Sequence record: DRR378314_213
Strand: one strand, 5' to 3'
DNA length: 20,000 bases
This document shows, one piece after another, positions 18,075 through 20,000 of the stretch; position 1 is the stretch's first letter; every line of letters starts with the position of its first letter. Under the pieces are notes generated by a model that did no database searches, had not been told where the DNA came from, and saw only the letters and a program-made list of their open reading frames with translations. A program made the position numbers and the translations under genes.

Positions 18075-18105
18075 AAGGCAGGGTTTTATTGAAATCCCCT
18101 GCCTT
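18075..18105 (-). terminator. Probable terminator downstream of the enoyl-CoA hydratase gene
   Basis: AAGGCAGGG (18075-18083) / CCCTGCCTT (18097-18105) 9-bp inverted repeat, 21 nt after the stop at 18127; weak U-tail. Confidence 0.55.
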
Positions 18106-18126
18106 CGAAAGTCACCATTGAGCTGA

Positions 18127-18894
18127 TTACGAAAATTTACTGAAATCAGATGCCCGCTTTTCCATAAAAGCTGTCATGGCTTCGCGGGCTTCGGGGGAGG
18201 TGAGCCTGGACTGGAAGGCTTCACCTTCTTCGTTCATGCGTTGAAGGATGGCTTGATGGTCCCCCTTAATCAATGCTTTGGTGAGCCGAAGAGCCTCAGG
18301 CGCTTTTGCCGCTAGTTTTTCGGCCGCTGCCATGGCTGTTGTCTCTAGAGTTTCAGCAGGTACGATTTCATTGACAATGCCGAAGGCGGCAGCTTTGTCA
18401 CTGTCAAATTTCTCACCGAGCATCAACAGTTCTGCCGCCCGCTGATGACCTAGCATCTTGGGCAGAAGATAACTGGAGGCTGCTTCGGGAACCAGTGCCA
18501 GATTTACAAAAGGTAAGGTAAAAGTGGCGTTGTCGGATGCATAAACCAGATCGCAATGCAGTAACATGGTGGTGCCAACGCCGACGGCAAGCCCATTTAC
18601 GGCTGCAATCAGTGGTTTGCGGATATTGGCCAGGGAATGCAAAAAGCGAATAACCGGTGTTGTCTCATCCTGGGCTGGATTTTGCAGAAAATCCATCAGG
18701 TCATTTCCACTGGTGAAACTGTCAGCAACACCGGTGATCACAGTGACCCTGACAGCAGGATCCGTTTCTGCAGCATTCAGGCTGTCAGAGAGGATTGCAT
18801 ACATATCCTGAGTGAGGGCATTTTTTTTATCTGCCCGGTTTATCACGAGCTTCTGAATACCGTTTTCTACAGAAACTGTCACATGATCGGTCAT
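18127..18894 (-). CDS. Enoyl-CoA hydratase/isomerase (crotonase) family protein
   Basis: INRADKKNALT, FTSGNDL, KPLIAAVNGLAVGVGTTMLLHCD, PFVNLALVPEAASS. Confidence 0.95.
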   Translation of the reverse strand: MTDHVTVSVENGIQKLVINRADKKNALTQDMYAILSDSLNAAETDPAVRVTVITGVADSFTSGNDLMDFLQNPAQDETTPVIRFLHSLANIRKPLIAAVNGLAVGVGTTMLLHCDLVYASDNATFTLPFVNLALVPEAASSYLLPKMLGHQRAAELLMLGEKFDSDKAAAFGIVNEIVPAETLETTAMAAAEKLAAKAPEALRLTKALIKGDHQAILQRMNEEGEAFQSRLTSPEAREAMTAFMEKRASDFSKFS

Positions 18895-18908
18895 TTTTCT
18901 TCCCCTGT

Positions 18909-19676
18909 TTAGAGTATAAATTGTTCGTCCAGAATTCGTTGTTCCAGGTTATGTTCTGGATCGAAAAGCAAATTAATTGTTATATCTGGCGCTTCTTCTA
19001 CGGTGACAACGCTGACATCCCGAACCTCCACAGCATCGGCCACCGCACTAACCGGGCGCTTTCGGTTTTCAGCAATTGTAAATTCGATCTTGGCTTCTCT
19101 GGGTAACAGGGCACCGCGCCATCGGCGGGGGCGAAATGCACTGATGGGAGTGAGTGCAAGAACACCTGCATTGACAGGTAAAATGGGACCATGAGCGGAA
19201 TAATTATAGGCCGTGCTGCCGGCCGGGGTTGCAACCAATACGCCGTCACAGGTTAGTTCGTCCACCTTGACGTCCCCATCGATCGAGATTTTGATTTTGG
19301 CGGTCTGGCGGCTTTCACGAAGCAGCGATACTTCATTAATTGCCAATGCTTCAGTGACTTTGCCAGCCAGGTCTTTGGCAACCATCCGTAATGGATGCAA
19401 CCGGGTGATTTCCCCCGCGGTCACACGCTCCATCAGATCGGCTTCACCATAGTTATTCATCAAAAAGCCAACGGTGCCCTTGTTCATCCCATAAATTGGC
19501 AGGCCACTTGCCATAAACCGATGCATGGTTTCCAGCATAAAGCCGTCTCCACCCAGTGCCACGACCACTTCGGAATCGTTGATCCCGTTTTGGCCATACT
19601 GATGGATAAGATGTTTGCACGCCACTTGCGCATCTTCAGTCTCACTGGCCGTAAAATGAATTTTGGCTGAGGGCAT
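18909..19676 (-). CDS. nadK: NAD kinase
   Basis: [42 protein letters not shown]. Confidence 0.95.
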   Translation of the reverse strand: MPSAKIHFTASETEDAQVACKHLIHQYGQNGINDSEVVVALGGDGFMLETMHRFMASGLPIYGMNKGTVGFLMNNYGEADLMERVTAGEITRLHPLRMVAKDLAGKVTEALAINEVSLLRESRQTAKIKISIDGDVKVDELTCDGVLVATPAGSTAYNYSAHGPILPVNAGVLALTPISAFRPRRWRGALLPREAKIEFTIAENRKRPVSAVADAVEVRDVSVVTVEEAPDITINLLFDPEHNLEQRILDEQFIL

Positions 19677-19759
19677 GGGTAAGGGGTCCGTCGCTACTTA
19701 AGGTTTGAGTATTGAAAGCTGATCGTATTCTGGAACTGAGGAATTTACCAGTGGACTTT

Positions 19760-20000
19760 CTATCCGCCCGTCACGCTCATATGACGGCCAACGGCGGGCA
19801 TACTATCGTGATCGCGGTCAATGACGAAGTCATGGCCTTTGGGTTTTCGCGAAATCGCTTCTTCGATGGCTCGGTCCAGTTTTTCCAACCCATTGTCGGA
19901 GCGGATAATTGCCTTCATATCCGCATTGTCGTTTTGACCCAAGCACATATAAAGCATTCCAGTGCAGGTTAGGCGCACCCGGTTGCAGCTTTCGCAGAAA
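19760..20000 (-). CDS. moaA: GTP 3',8-cyclase (molybdenum cofactor biosynthesis), C-terminal part; 5' end outside the window
   Basis: The frame is open to the window edge and reads [21 protein letters not shown] (CxxC...C of the second [4Fe-4S] site); C-terminal RHMSVTGG di-glycine. Confidence 0.93.
   Translation of the reverse strand, partial: FCESCNRVRLTCTGMLYMCLGQNDNADMKAIIRSDNGLEKLDRAIEEAISRKPKGHDFVIDRDHDSMPAVGRHMSVTGG

Overview
Chromosomal window from an alphaproteobacterium; the taxon is inferred from gene order and protein style. It holds a NitT/TauT-type ABC transporter, an SDR, a divergent DecR-like Lrp regulator/DUF6356-like pair, an orphan trkH, and the housekeeping cluster gyrA-coaD-cyclophilin-queA-tgt. 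Next come a cNMP-binding/EAL phosphodiesterase, an uncharacterised multi-TM protein, an ArsC/YffB-family gene, an orphan ParA + ribbon-helix-helix + PAS-like operon, an enoyl-CoA hydratase, NAD kinase and the 3' end of moaA. No mobile elements, CRISPR, tRNA or rRNA were seen. Three signals stand out. (1) A perfect CtrA-type box (14227-14243) lies directly upstream of a minus-strand-specific 20-bp hairpin with a C-rich loop, a candidate unannotated sRNA or leader in front of the EAL gene. (2) The parA-RHH-PAS operon has no parB and is a candidate positioning system. (3) A 107-nt imperfect palindrome sequesters the ribosome-binding site of the ABC substrate-binding gene. All calls are from manual reading; no searches or folding programs were run.
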